A stretch of 64,000 bases of DNA from a candidate division KSB3 bacterium (GTDB lineage Bacteria; Moduliflexota; Moduliflexia; Moduliflexales; Moduliflexaceae): assembly GCA_002748425.1 (NCBI GenBank), contig PDSJ01000010.1, forward strand, positions 35,841 through 99,840, written 5' to 3'. The translations under genes and the position numbers were made by a program. The notes beneath the pieces are model-generated. The model saw nothing but the letters and a program-made list of their open reading frames with translations, was not told the DNA's origin and made no database searches. This document shows, piece by piece, positions 35,874 to 49,072 of the stretch. Each line of letters begins with the position of its first letter. Position 1 is the stretch's first letter.

Positions 35874-38399
35874 TTATTCGCCTGTCTCTCCCATGCTGTC
35901 TGCTTCAGGCGCGGAATCTGCCTGAAGCGGCTCTTCGCTCTCATCTTCATTCTCGTTTTCAAGCACGCGGGCCACAGCAACGACTTTATCGTCATCGCTC
36001 AGCCACTGTAAGGCAACACCCTGCGTATTGCGCCCGATGACGCTGATGCTGGCCACTCCCATCCGAATAATCTTTCCAGAGGCCGTGATCATCAGGATGT
36101 CATCACTTGCGCTGACCTGGAGCGTCCCGACGACATTCCCGCGCTTCGGGGTGCACTTGATATTGATAATTCCCTTGCCGCCACGTCCCTGACCGCGATA
36201 CTGTTCGACAGACGAGCGCTTTCCATAGCCTTTTTCCGTGACTGTCAGAATCGTGAATTCATCCCGCACAATGTCCATCCCGATCACGTAATCGTTTTTT
36301 CCCAGCGAGATTCCGCGGACGCCGGTTGCTGTCCGTCCCATTGCCCTGACATTGTCTTCAGAAAAACGAATCGCCTTGCCGTTGTGCGTGGACAGAAAAA
36401 TATCCTGTTGCCCGTCGGTCAGCGCCACAGAGACCAATTCATCGCCATCATTGATATTCAGGGCGATGATTCCTGTTGAACGCGGCTTAGCGTATTCAGT
36501 CAGCTCAGTCTTTTTTACGACTCCATGCCTGGTGGCCATGACGATGTATTTTCCTTCTTCAAATTCCTGGACCGGCAGGATGGCTGAAATCTTCTCATCC
36601 TGCTCGATGTTGAGCAGATTGACGATCGCCTTGCCTCTGGCCTGCCGTCCGGCCTCGGGAATGATATAGACTTTCAGCCAATAGACCTTGCCTCTATCAG
36701 TAAAGACCAGGATATAGTCGTGGGTGGACGCGACAAAAAGATGTTCGACAAAATCGTTTTCCTTGGCGACAATGCCGGTGACGCCTTTTCCACGACGCAA
36801 CTGGCTGCGATAGAGCGTGACCGGGTTGCGTTTGACATAGCCGGCATGAGTCACCATGACCATCATGTCCTCTTCCACGATCATATCTTCGAGGGTAATC
36901 TCAGAGGAGTCATCGACGATTTCAGTGCGGCGTGCGTCGTTGTAAACATCCTTCAGGGCCAGCAGTTCCTGCTTGATTAAGCCAGTGACAAGAGCGGCCT
37001 CGCTTAACAGGGATTTCAGATACGCGATTTCCCTGAGGAGATTCTGGTGTTCCTGTTCGAGCTTTTCGCGTTCGAGTCCGGTCAATCTCTGGAGCCGCAT
37101 GTCTAAAATCGCCCGGGCTTGAACGTCTGTGAGAGCGAAGTGCTGCATCAAGCCGCTGCGAGCAGCCTGTGGCGTTTGAGATGCTCTAATCAAACTCACG
37201 ACCGCGTCGATATTATCGAGCGCGATCAGCAAGCCCTGCACGATGTGATCTCTGGCTTCGGCTTTTTCCAGCAAAAACCTGCTGCGGCGCAGAATCACCT
37301 CGCGACGATAATTCAGGAAGAGCTCCATCATTTCTTTCAGATTCAGCAGTCTCGGCCGTTTTTCCACCAAGGCCAGGACGATCGCGCCAAAGGTGACTTG
37401 CAACTGCGTATGTTTATACAACTGATTGAGGATCACTTCCGCAAACTCATTCCGCTTCAATTCGATCACGATCCGCATGCCGTCTCGATCCGATTCGTCG
37501 CGCAGATCAGCGATGCCCTCGATGCGTTTATCACGAACAAGATCGGCGATTTTTTCAATTAAGCGGGCTTTATTGACCTGATAAGGAAGCTCAGTCACAA
37601 TAATACGTTCTTTTTCAGAACGCTTCTCTTTTTCCACAAAGCAGCGCGCCCGTACTTGAATCAAGCCGCGTCCAGTACGATAGGCATTCATGATGCCCTC
37701 GCGGCCATAGATAATCGCTCCGGTCGGGAAATCAGGGCCTTTCACATAAGCGCACAAGTCCTCAATCGTCAGATCTGGGTTTTCGAGCAGGGCCACCAAG
37801 CCGTCAACCACTTCTCCGAGATGGTGCGGGGGGACGTTGGTCGCCATTCCGACAGCAATGCCGGCTGAACCGTTTACCAGCAGATTGGGCAGCACACTGG
37901 GCAGGACTTCCGGTTCAAGCAGCGACTCATCGTAATTGGGAACAAAGTTGACAGTATTCTTCTCGATATCCCGGAGGATTTCGCCGGAGATTCTTGCACG
38001 GCGGGCTTCGGTATATCGCATGGCTGCCGCAGGGTCGCCGTCGACCGAGCCGAAGTTTCCCTGACCGTCGACAAGTGGGTAACGCAAGGAAAAATCCTGC
38101 GCCATGCGTACAAGCGTATCATAGATCGCCGAATCGCCGTGAGGATGATATTTTCCCATCACATCGCCGACCACGCGCGCCGATTTTCTGAAGGGCTTAT
38201 TCCAGTCAAGCCCCATTTCATGCATTGTATACAGCACACGTCGATGAACCGGTTTCAGCCCGTCACGCACGTCGGGAAGGGCGCGCGCGATAATCACACT
38301 CATGGCATACTCCATAAATGAAGTCTGCATTTCAGCTTCTATTGATACGGGTACAGCAGGCATTTCCTGGTCGTGCTCTCTCATAAAACTATCCGTCAA
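35874..38399 (-). CDS. gyrA: DNA gyrase subunit A
   Basis: [30 protein letters not shown], GyrA-box-like QLRRGKG, pinwheel repeats. Confidence 0.98.
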   Translation of the reverse strand: MTDSFMREHDQEMPAVPVSIEAEMQTSFMEYAMSVIIARALPDVRDGLKPVHRRVLYTMHEMGLDWNKPFRKSARVVGDVMGKYHPHGDSAIYDTLVRMAQDFSLRYPLVDGQGNFGSVDGDPAAAMRYTEARRARISGEILRDIEKNTVNFVPNYDESLLEPEVLPSVLPNLLVNGSAGIAVGMATNVPPHHLGEVVDGLVALLENPDLTIEDLCAYVKGPDFPTGAIIYGREGIMNAYRTGRGLIQVRARCFVEKEKRSEKERIIVTELPYQVNKARLIEKIADLVRDKRIEGIADLRDESDRDGMRIVIELKRNEFAEVILNQLYKHTQLQVTFGAIVLALVEKRPRLLNLKEMMELFLNYRREVILRRSRFLLEKAEARDHIVQGLLIALDNIDAVVSLIRASQTPQAARSGLMQHFALTDVQARAILDMRLQRLTGLEREKLEQEHQNLLREIAYLKSLLSEAALVTGLIKQELLALKDVYNDARRTEIVDDSSEITLEDMIVEEDMMVMVTHAGYVKRNPVTLYRSQLRRGKGVTGIVAKENDFVEHLFVASTHDYILVFTDRGKVYWLKVYIIPEAGRQARGKAIVNLLNIEQDEKISAILPVQEFEEGKYIVMATRHGVVKKTELTEYAKPRSTGIIALNINDGDELVSVALTDGQQDIFLSTHNGKAIRFSEDNVRAMGRTATGVRGISLGKNDYVIGMDIVRDEFTILTVTEKGYGKRSSVEQYRGQGRGGKGIINIKCTPKRGNVVGTLQVSASDDILMITASGKIIRMGVASISVIGRNTQGVALQWLSDDDKVVAVARVLENENEDESEEPLQADSAPEADSMGETGE

Positions 38400-38470
38400 A
38401 ACACCGTATTCGATCGGGGGAAGCCAGGATGTCCGTCAGCACGGGCCAGCTTCCAACGATCGCACAGCAT

Positions 38471-40972
<2,502 letters not shown>

Positions 40973-41181
40973 CTATTTTTCCAGAACGCTAGAATTTCAG
41001 TGTGCTTGGCTCTTGTCAAGTAAATTCAACGGCAAGGTGGACTTATTTGGGCATTTTTGACAATCATTCTCAAAAAAATTCACTGGCTCACTGCTATCTT
41101 TAGCATGAAATTTGCATATATCGCGTTCCTGACTTTCTTTCATGACCTTGTACGAGACACTTTGCAAGACATGCAAGCCAA

Positions 41182-41436
41182 CTATCCCGGCACTCTCTTA
41201 TTCCAACGCGCCCGCAGGGTGCGGCAATGAACGTTTGAGCAGTGAATTTCATGATCTGTGGTCAGCAGACAGGATTTGACTTCGTGCAGGGACAAGCCGT
41301 TCCGTACCAGAACGGCATTTGGGGGAACGCTTAGGGATGCTCCATCGCTCGTCTGCGTCAGAAACAGCGATACATCAACGATCGCCGCGATCCGTTCCGA
41401 CCAGAGATAGATATTCATTCCGATATGAAGATACAT
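41182..41436 (-). CDS. remB: RemB/YaaB-like small protein
   Basis: MYLHIG..I.AI.D..KS..LT....S.....TL..R pattern; position between recF and gyrB. Confidence 0.65.
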   Translation of the reverse strand: MYLHIGMNIYLWSERIAAIVDVSLFLTQTSDGASLSVPPNAVLVRNGLSLHEVKSCLLTTDHEIHCSNVHCRTLRARWNKRVPG

Positions 41437-41467
41437 ATATAATTTGTTAACACGATTCGGTCAACGT

Positions 41468-42646
41468 TCAAAAAGGGTCTGTTGCCCCTGCCTGAACAGG
41501 ACCTTTCCGTGTTGAAAGATCGAACGAGAGCTCATGCTCTCCAAGATTCAGCCTGTGAGTCGATGTGATAAATACCTGCATGCCTTGCTGCAAATAATCG
41601 AATAATTTTGCGTGACGCTGCGTATCGAGTTCGGATCCCACGTCATCCAGCAGGAGCAGAGGATATTCGGCATATCGTTCATGATACAGCTCAACGCCCG
41701 CAAAGATCAGGGCCAGCACTGCCGTGCGCTGTTGGCCCTGCGAACCATAGGCACGCAGCAACCGGCCTCTCAGACGGAGGTCCAGATCATCACGGTGCGG
41801 TCCAACGACACAGACCCCCTGACGGACTTCACGGGCCATCGCACGCCGCAGCGCCCTTTCATAGCCTTCCAGGACAATGGCCGACAGATCATCGATATTC
41901 CCTCCGGCAAGCGGATTCATGATGGTCTGAAGTTCTTTCATATCGCTGTCAATGCCGGATTTATATTGGATATCAAGGGTCTCCTCATCCCCCAGCCATC
42001 GAGCATAAACCTCTGCCAGCTGACGTTTCAGGCTGTTGAGAAAGAGAAGACGCTGCACAATGATTTTCGTTCCCAGGCTTTGCAGCTGCAAATTCCAGAC
42101 CTCACACGCCTCCTCAGCGCCCTGTCTGCCGTGTCCCTGCTGCAAGCGCCGCAGCAAGGTGTTTTTCTGGCGCAGCACACGATTATAATCCGTCAACAAG
42201 GCCCAATACGGAGGGTAAAAATGGAAGACGCTTTTATCTAAAAAGTACCGCCGAAAAGCCGGAGCGCCCTTTACCAGGCTCAGATCGTCAGGGACAAATG
42301 TCGCCGAAGGCATGATCTGCAAAAAGTCTTTCGACTGTTTACAACTTTTTGCATTCAGGAGAGGAATGCGTCCGTGGGGCTGTATATCGACGGCGAGCTG
42401 TTTTCTGTTGCCGCCTCTGTCCTGTATGACGCCCCGGACAGAGGCGTTTTTTTTACTCCAGACAATCAGCTCTCGAAAATTACGGGATCGAAAGGAACGG
42501 AGATTGGACAGGACATGAATCGCTTCCAGAAGATTGGTTTTTCCAGAAGCGTTTGGGCCAAAAAAGACGTTGACACCCGGACAGAATTCAAAGTGTCCAT
42601 CCGGGAAACTCCGAAACTGATAGAGATCGACAGATTGCAGATGCAC
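41468..42646 (-). CDS. recF: DNA replication and repair protein RecF
   Basis: GPNASGKTNLLEAI, GPHRDDL, GSQGQQR, LLLDDV.SELD. Confidence 0.97.
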   Translation of the reverse strand: MHLQSVDLYQFRSFPDGHFEFCPGVNVFFGPNASGKTNLLEAIHVLSNLRSFRSRNFRELIVWSKKNASVRGVIQDRGGNRKQLAVDIQPHGRIPLLNAKSCKQSKDFLQIMPSATFVPDDLSLVKGAPAFRRYFLDKSVFHFYPPYWALLTDYNRVLRQKNTLLRRLQQGHGRQGAEEACEVWNLQLQSLGTKIIVQRLLFLNSLKRQLAEVYARWLGDEETLDIQYKSGIDSDMKELQTIMNPLAGGNIDDLSAIVLEGYERALRRAMAREVRQGVCVVGPHRDDLDLRLRGRLLRAYGSQGQQRTAVLALIFAGVELYHERYAEYPLLLLDDVGSELDTQRHAKLFDYLQQGMQVFITSTHRLNLGEHELSFDLSTRKGPVQAGATDPF

Positions 42647-42654
42647 GGTACAGT

Positions 42655-43767
42655 TTATACCCGCATCGGCATAATGACACAGGAGAAGCCTTCGTCTTCT
42701 TCACCGTCTGAGCTGAACAGCCCTGGGCTGAGAGCATCGCTCAATTTAATGAAGATCTTCTCGCCTGTGGTGACTGACAGGAAATCCATGACGTATTTTG
42801 CATTAAACCCAATCGCCAGCTCTTCGCCGTCATAATCGACCGTCATACTCTCCTTGGCTTCCCCCAGATTCGGATCGTTCGAGCTGAGGCTCAGGCGTCC
42901 TTCAGACACTGAAAACTTCATCAGCCGTGTCTCACTGCATAAGAGCGAGACACGACGAATAGCGTGCAGCAGCTCTTCTTTATCGGCCGTAAGCGTAAAG
43001 CGGGACTCTGCAGGAATGACCTGCCGATAGTCCGGAAATTGTGCGTCGATCAAGCGTGAAACCAGCATCGTGTTCTCTTTCCTGAAGGCGATCTGGCTTT
43101 CCCCGAGGTTAATGGAGATCTGATCGTCGCCATCACACATTTTTTTTACTTCGTTGACAGCTTTCAACGGGATAATGACTTCCCGGGAACTTTCTTCATC
43201 AAGTTCAACGGCATGAGGTTTTTTGATCAGAGCCAGACGATGGCCGTCTGTGGCGACCATTGAGAACTCGTTCTCATCGATCGAAAAAAGCACTCCTGTC
43301 AGCGCATAGCGAGATTCATCGTTTGAAACGGCAAATGCGGTTTTTGCGATCATATCTTTCAACATGGCTTGTGGAAAGATAATCGTGCCCTGTGAGGGAA
43401 GAGCCGGCAGCTCCGGAAAATCGGTACGGGGCAATCCAGCCAGCTTAAAATTCGCATTCGAGCAATCAAGGCTAACCCAATTGTTTTCATCGATCGTCAG
43501 ATTCAGGGTGCTGTCCGGCAGCTCGCGCAAGATTTCGAAGATTTTCTGAGCTGGAATAGTGATGCTGCCCTCAGTCACTTCACTCGCTGGTAAAACCGTT
43601 GAAATACCGACTTCCAGATTGGTGGCGACAAGTGTAATCGCTATATTTTCAACATCTGTTTCAAGGAGAAGATTCGAAAGAACCGGGATCGTATTTTTTT
43701 TATCCACCACGTTCTGAACGCGCTGCACCCCTTCAAACAGAGTATGTTTTTCAATAGCTATTCGCAT
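42655..43767 (-). CDS. dnaN: DNA polymerase III beta clamp
   Basis: ATNLE, VATDGHRL, SRLID..FPDY, IMPMR. Confidence 0.97.
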   Translation of the reverse strand: MRIAIEKHTLFEGVQRVQNVVDKKNTIPVLSNLLLETDVENIAITLVATNLEVGISTVLPASEVTEGSITIPAQKIFEILRELPDSTLNLTIDENNWVSLDCSNANFKLAGLPRTDFPELPALPSQGTIIFPQAMLKDMIAKTAFAVSNDESRYALTGVLFSIDENEFSMVATDGHRLALIKKPHAVELDEESSREVIIPLKAVNEVKKMCDGDDQISINLGESQIAFRKENTMLVSRLIDAQFPDYRQVIPAESRFTLTADKEELLHAIRRVSLLCSETRLMKFSVSEGRLSLSSNDPNLGEAKESMTVDYDGEELAIGFNAKYVMDFLSVTTGEKIFIKLSDALSPGLFSSDGEEDEGFSCVIMPMRV

Positions 43768-43889
43768 AAATTCTCCTCCTGCCTGAGAAAGTAGTAATTG
43801 TACCGCTGCTGCCCTGTACCTCTCAAACTATCATCTCCTGCATGCCGGAAATTTGTCAAATAAATTTTTCCCCCTGCTGTCAGCGAAAA

Positions 43890-44290
43890 TTTTCTCCACA
43901 GCGTGGAGCTTGTGTTGTGAAAAAAGCGTCAGTCTGTTTTTCCACCACGTGCTTTAGATCCTGTTTTTTAAAATAAAATAATTTTATTTTATATAGTAGT
44001 AGTAGTAGAGGATGTGGACAGTGTGGAAAACGTTCAGGTTTCGCCTGTTTGTAAGGAAAGACGTCACTGTTTTTATGTGGAAAAGCACGTGTATAAACTG
44101 TGGACAATGTGGAAAAGTGGAAAGAATTCGCAAGTTATACACATTTTATTCAAAATGATCCACATATAATCCACATTCTTTCCACATGTTGTCCACATAA
44201 AATTGTGGATATTTTTTAATGTTTATCCACAATTTTACTAATGATCACATTGGAATTTTTAAAAGTTATCCACAGAGTTATCCATAGGCT
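43890..44290. other. Chromosomal replication origin oriC
   Basis: dnaA-dnaN intergenic region with over a dozen exact or near TTWTNCACA boxes, (TAG)5 at 43994-44008 and an adjacent AT-rich tract. Confidence 0.92.
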
Positions 44291-44370
44291 GTGTAAAAGT
44301 TTGGCAATTGTATGTGTTTCTGGAAAAGATCTTACATTTTAGCGGGAGGAAAGTCACGATGTTGTGGTAC

Positions 44371-45744
44371 TTAGGAGCGAATCGTCTGTTCGAGATGTTC
44401 CAGTTCTTGTTGAAAATTCGGATCGTTTTGCAGCAACGCTTCGATTTTTTGGCAGGCATACATGATAGTCGTGTGATCCTTCCCGCCAAAATGTTTTCCG
44501 ACTGAGGGCAGTGAGAGCGTGGTCAGCTTCCGTGATAAATACATAGCGACCTGTCGGGGAAAGGCGATCGTGCGTAAGCGGGTCGACGTTTTCATGTCCT
44601 GGGTCTTTATCTTATAGTGGCCGGCCACGATCTCCTGAATCAGTTCAACAGTGATATTTTTAGCTGTAGCGCTTTCTGTGCTGTCCAGGATGTCGTCCAG
44701 GACTTTACGGGCGAGATCCATCGTAATCGGCTGTTTGGCAAATTTGGAATGCGCGGCGATTTTCGTCAGACACCCCTCTAAGGCCCTGATGTTGGACTTG
44801 ATTTTCGTCGCAATATACATGGCGACTTCATTTGAAAGCTCGATCCCTTCTGTTTCTGCTTTTTTTCGGAGGATCGCCACTTTGGTTTCAAAATCGGGCG
44901 GTTGAATATCCGCGATCAATCCCCATTCAAAACGAGAACGCAGGCGTTCCTCAAGTGTGGGAATTTTTTTCGGTGGGCAATCACTTGAAATGACAATCTG
45001 TTTCTGCGCGTTATGGAGAGCATTGAAGGTGTGGAAAAATTCCTCTTGTGTCCGTTCTTTCCCGGCAATAAACTGGATGTCGTCGATCAGCAGCAGATCG
45101 ATATTGCGGTATTTATCGCGGAATTGCTGGATCGTATCATAGCGGATAGCATTGATCAATTCGTTCATGAAGCGTTCGGACGACAGATAGTAGAGACGAA
45201 ATCCAGGGATATTCGCATCTTGCAGCGTATGACCGATGGCATGCATGAGGTGTGTTTTCCCCAGACCGACACCACCATAAATAAAGAGTGGGTTGTAGGC
45301 TTTTGAGGGTTGTTCGGCCACAGCAACTGAGGCGGCATGGGCGAATTGATTGCTTCCGCCGACGACATAGGTATCAAAGGTATATTTTGGATTCAGTCCG
45401 GGATCTTCATCGTGTTGCACGTTCGGAACAGAGGGGGCGGGTTGTGAAATTGTGCTTTCAGACGCTTCGGGGAATGCTTCCCGTGAGATCGGAGGGCTGA
45501 GCGGCACCTCGCTGATGACAAATGCGATCTCAAGCGCTTGTCCGGTCAGGGTATGTAAAATCTCGATGATGGTGTCGCGGTATTGCTCTTCCAGCCAGTT
45601 CACGAAGTACTTGTCGGGCACAGCCACAGTCAGAAGCCGATCCTCGAAGCTGGCCTGTCGCGTCGGGGCAAACCAGGTTTGAAAACTCGACGGATTCATG
45701 CGGGTCGAGATGTGCTTCAGTACATTTTCCCAAAGTGTTTTCAT
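44371..45744 (-). CDS. dnaA: Chromosomal replication initiator DnaA
   Basis: YNPLFIYGGVGLGKTHL, LLIDDIQF, RLRSRFEWGL, GGKDHTT. Confidence 0.99.
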   Translation of the reverse strand: MKTLWENVLKHISTRMNPSSFQTWFAPTRQASFEDRLLTVAVPDKYFVNWLEEQYRDTIIEILHTLTGQALEIAFVISEVPLSPPISREAFPEASESTISQPAPSVPNVQHDEDPGLNPKYTFDTYVVGGSNQFAHAASVAVAEQPSKAYNPLFIYGGVGLGKTHLMHAIGHTLQDANIPGFRLYYLSSERFMNELINAIRYDTIQQFRDKYRNIDLLLIDDIQFIAGKERTQEEFFHTFNALHNAQKQIVISSDCPPKKIPTLEERLRSRFEWGLIADIQPPDFETKVAILRKKAETEGIELSNEVAMYIATKIKSNIRALEGCLTKIAAHSKFAKQPITMDLARKVLDDILDSTESATAKNITVELIQEIVAGHYKIKTQDMKTSTRLRTIAFPRQVAMYLSRKLTTLSLPSVGKHFGGKDHTTIMYACQKIEALLQNDPNFQQELEHLEQTIRS

Positions 45745-45811
45745 AAAAGGTTATACGCTATAATTCTCTGTTTTCCTGCAATCTCTGAATTGAGTAACAG
45801 GCGTGTGTTAT

Positions 45812-45832
45812 TTATCCACAACATTGTCCACA
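45812..45832. promoter_or_regulatory. DnaA boxes upstream of dnaA (autoregulation or second half of a bipartite origin)
   Basis: TTATCCACA at 45812 and TTGTCCACA at 45824. Confidence 0.8.
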
Positions 45833-45938
45833 TCTGTGAAGAACTTTTGGGGAGTACGGATTTTTTGTCAAGCAGCAATCTGCACGAAGAGTGTGAAAAG
45901 CAGGAGGTCAGAGCAATCTGAAATACTAGCAAGTTTCA

Positions 45939-46583
45939 TCAAGACTCGTGTTCGGCCGTTTGAGAGTCGTTGTCAGCCTTGTCGAGATCAGTTGACGTTG
46001 TGTTGAGAAGCCGGATGCCCTTATACACATAGCCGAGTCCGGAACTGACCGTCACAACAAAGGTGATCCAGCAGACAAGATGAATAATGTCTGGACGCCG
46101 GAGGCCGCTTACGTTGAAGAACAGTATCAGAATGATAAGGCTGAGTTGCAGGAACGTTGTTAATTTACCGATTTTAGTCGGTGAAATCGTCACGTTGGTT
46201 TCCAGCATGAACAGAACGGCAATCCCGATTGAGATAATCAGATCGCGGCTGATGACGGTGACAATCAGCCAGAAGGGAATCGTGTTCGGGAGTTCGACGA
46301 GCGCAAGCGTGATAAAGGATGATGTTAAGAGGAGTTTATCTGCGAGCGGGTCGAGAAATGCGCCGATTTTAGTGCGTTGATGGTAGGTGCGCGCAATAAA
46401 ACCGTCCAAGCCGTCAGTCAAGCCGCAGATCACAAAAATTACTAAGGCGATGCCGTTATGGTTATAGGCCAGGGCGACAATGAAGAACGGCACCGCAATC
46501 ACTCGTGAAATGGTCAGGACATTCGCCGCATTCAGGTTCTGATAGTGGGTGGCAACCCTCGTAAGCACGTCTGAAATACTCAT
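45939..46583 (-). CDS. CDP-alcohol phosphatidyltransferase (PgsA-like)
   Basis: ANVLTISR, DGLDGFIAR..G..LDPLADK. Confidence 0.9.
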   Translation of the reverse strand: MSISDVLTRVATHYQNLNAANVLTISRVIAVPFFIVALAYNHNGIALVIFVICGLTDGLDGFIARTYHQRTKIGAFLDPLADKLLLTSSFITLALVELPNTIPFWLIVTVISRDLIISIGIAVLFMLETNVTISPTKIGKLTTFLQLSLIILILFFNVSGLRRPDIIHLVCWITFVVTVSSGLGYVYKGIRLLNTTSTDLDKADNDSQTAEHES

Positions 46584-46608
46584 AATCTTCTATGCCTGCA
46601 GAACGTCG

Positions 46609-46965
46609 TTAGTCAATTTCTTCTTCTTCCAGTTTTGTTTTGCAATTGATGCAATAGGTCGTCACCGGACGCGCGCTCAAACGTTTCAGACTAATCTCTT
46701 CTCCACAACGCTCGCAGAGGCCGAACGTGCCGTCTTCAAGTCGTTCCAGCGCCTGATCGATTTTTTTGATCAGTTTTCGCTCACGTCCGCGAATTCTCAT
46801 GCGGAAATTTCGTTCCGACTCCAGCGTTGCAATATCAGCATATTCGACAAGGTGTTCGCGAACGTGGGTGGCTTCGTGCGAAACAGTCTCATTGCCCTGG
46901 TGCAGCAGATGCTCTCTGCGCTCGTTCAGCATTCGTTTAAATTGCCTGTAGCTGTCTGAATCCAC
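46609..46965 (-). CDS. dksA: DksA/TraR-family zinc-finger protein
   Basis: Coiled coil with EYADIA tip, RERKLI.KI..AL, CERC..CINC. Confidence 0.88.
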   Translation of the reverse strand: MDSDSYRQFKRMLNERREHLLHQGNETVSHEATHVREHLVEYADIATLESERNFRMRIRGRERKLIKKIDQALERLEDGTFGLCERCGEEISLKRLSARPVTTYCINCKTKLEEEEID

Positions 46966-47075
46966 GATCTGTATCCTCTCCTCATATCTGCTAAAATTGT
47001 TTCAAAGACGTAAAAAGGGACCTTTCCTCAAACGACTGGCTGGACGGGCCGAAGTCAAGAGAAAAAGCAAAATAA

Positions 47076-48158
47076 TTAGATCATTTTCATCAAAATTCCG
47101 GCAATCTCGTGTACAGAAGCAACGTTATCGACAAGACCTCGTCGTATGGCGACTTCGGGCATGCCGAAGACCACGCAGCTACTTTTATCTTCAGCAATCG
47201 AACAGCCACCGTATTTCTTGATCTGTTCCAGACCTTTCACGCCGTCTTTCCCCATACCGGTCAGGATGATTCCGACACAGCGCTGGCGATAGATTTCAGC
47301 GACATCGCAAAAGGTAAGATCAATGGAGGGAATATGAATATAATGCGAAGGCTCGGCTCTGACCTGTGCCACGACGTGCCCTTGGGCAGTCTGCTCCAGG
47401 AAGAGGTGATATCCGCCCGGCGCAATCAGGGCCAGTCCTGCCTGGACTCTGTCTCCACTTTCGGCTTCTTTCACCGTAATCGCGCTGTTCTTATTCATCC
47501 GTTCTGCAAGAGATTTCGTGAAGCCCGGCGGCATGTGCTGTACGATAATAATACCGCAGGGAAAGTCTTTGGGAAGGGTGGGAATAATGTGATAGAGAGC
47601 GGTCGGGCCGCCGGTGGAGACGCCGATCGCAATGCAGTCGATTTTAGCCGGTGATGCTTTGGGCCTGATTGCTGTGCGCCGAAGCATCGGGGATGAGAGT
47701 CGGGGTTGTTGAATTGCGTTCTGAAGCATGGGGCCGTCAAGCCCGGCAACGGCGACCACTTTGTTGACCAGGTCTGATTTGATCTGAAAGAGTTTGTCTG
47801 ACGCCAGTTCAGTGGGTTTCAGAATACAATCGACAGCCCCGTATTCAAGGGCTTCCAGGGTCTTTTCGATGATGTTCTGCTTGAGCCAGGTCACGATGAT
47901 CACCGGTGTTGGCATGTCGCGCATGATAATCTTCAGGGCCTCAAGGCCGTTCATATGCGGCATGTTGATATCCATGGTGACGACATCCGGTGAGAGTGTT
48001 GCGATTTTTTCGATCGCTTCCTGGCCGTCCCAGGCTGTTCCGATGACATTGATTCGCGGATCCCGATCCAGAATATTCGTGAGGGTCCGGCGGGCAAATG
48101 CTGAATCATCGACAACCAAGACGCGCACTGTGTGAAAGGCCCTGAAAGATGTCTTCAT
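47076..48158 (-). CDS. cheB: Chemotaxis methylesterase CheB (receiver + esterase)
   Basis: VVDDS, TMDINMP, GVSTGGP, VQHMP, LTGMGKDG, VFGMP. Confidence 0.96.
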   Translation of the reverse strand: MKTSFRAFHTVRVLVVDDSAFARRTLTNILDRDPRINVIGTAWDGQEAIEKIATLSPDVVTMDINMPHMNGLEALKIIMRDMPTPVIIVTWLKQNIIEKTLEALEYGAVDCILKPTELASDKLFQIKSDLVNKVVAVAGLDGPMLQNAIQQPRLSSPMLRRTAIRPKASPAKIDCIAIGVSTGGPTALYHIIPTLPKDFPCGIIIVQHMPPGFTKSLAERMNKNSAITVKEAESGDRVQAGLALIAPGGYHLFLEQTAQGHVVAQVRAEPSHYIHIPSIDLTFCDVAEIYRQRCVGIILTGMGKDGVKGLEQIKKYGGCSIAEDKSSCVVFGMPEVAIRRGLVDNVASVHEIAGILMKMI

Positions 48159-48168
48159 AATGCTGTGC

Positions 48169-49038
48169 TCAGCTCGTACGCTGGTAGACTAGTGAATGGT
48201 GGAACTGCTGAAGTTTAAACAACTGAAGTTTAAACAAATGGGTAAAGTTTATGATTGACTCTGAATGCCCTAAAAAGAGATAGCGCTTTGGCTGGAGTTT
48301 CTTATGAAAATTTTCGATCAGCTGCCGTTTCGAGTCATGATCGAAATAGATCAGCAGATTCCGGCAAAAAATCACATCGAAGACTGGCAGAAATGCCAAG
48401 CGTTTTTTATCCATCAGATTGATGCAGAAGAAGGTCAATGGTTCTTTGACCTCATCGTGAATTTTGTAGGTACCGTCTTCTTCTTGGGGGTGAAAAAAGC
48501 GTGTCAGATAGCTCGTATCAGTGGCACGGAATGAACTTTGCCTGTAAATGCCTTGTTTGGCTTTGTGGATAGCTTGTTGACTAATATCGTTGGCGAAAAT
48601 CTTTACCTGACCCGGGCCCTTGTGAAAACCACGTTCGATGCAGAGCATCGACAGCGTGTAGGCTTCTTCTCCGGTAGCGCAGCCCGCACTCCAGATTTTG
48701 ATCGTCTCATGCGCTTTCTCCTTGCGCAGGGCAGGGATGATTTCATTGACCAGCGTTTTCATCTGATCCAGTTCCCGAAAAAAATATGTCTCCTTGATCG
48801 TAATCGTGTCCATGAGCTTCTGCAATTCAGCATGATTGTCCCGGGTATATTTCAACTGGTAATAATAATCGCGAAAGCAGTCCAGCCCGAGATCGAGAAG
48901 TCGACGCTCCAGGCGTCTCATGAAAATGCCTTGGCAGTCGTCTGAAATGAAAATCCCGGCATAGGCGTAGATCGCATCTCGAAGAAGCTTGAAGTCATCC
49001 TGTGTATATGGGACTTGCGTTCTGATATGAAATCGCAT
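48169..49038 (-). CDS. cheR: Chemotaxis methyltransferase CheR
   Basis: ETYFFRE, IWSAGCATGEEAY, FCRNLLIYF, LFLGHSES. Confidence 0.95.
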   Translation of the reverse strand: MRFHIRTQVPYTQDDFKLLRDAIYAYAGIFISDDCQGIFMRRLERRLLDLGLDCFRDYYYQLKYTRDNHAELQKLMDTITIKETYFFRELDQMKTLVNEIIPALRKEKAHETIKIWSAGCATGEEAYTLSMLCIERGFHKGPGQVKIFANDISQQAIHKAKQGIYRQSSFRATDTSYLTRFFHPQEEDGTYKIHDEVKEPLTFFCINLMDKKRLAFLPVFDVIFCRNLLIYFDHDSKRQLIENFHKKLQPKRYLFLGHSESIINFTHLFKLQLFKLQQFHHSLVYQRTS

Positions 49039-49072
49039 GAAACAGAGCCTCCAGAATACGTAGCCTGTGGTT

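Noticed and set aside
41095-41180. Sigma54-like promoter upstream of gyrB
   Set aside because: The GG dinucleotide or the -24/-12 spacing does not fit on either strand
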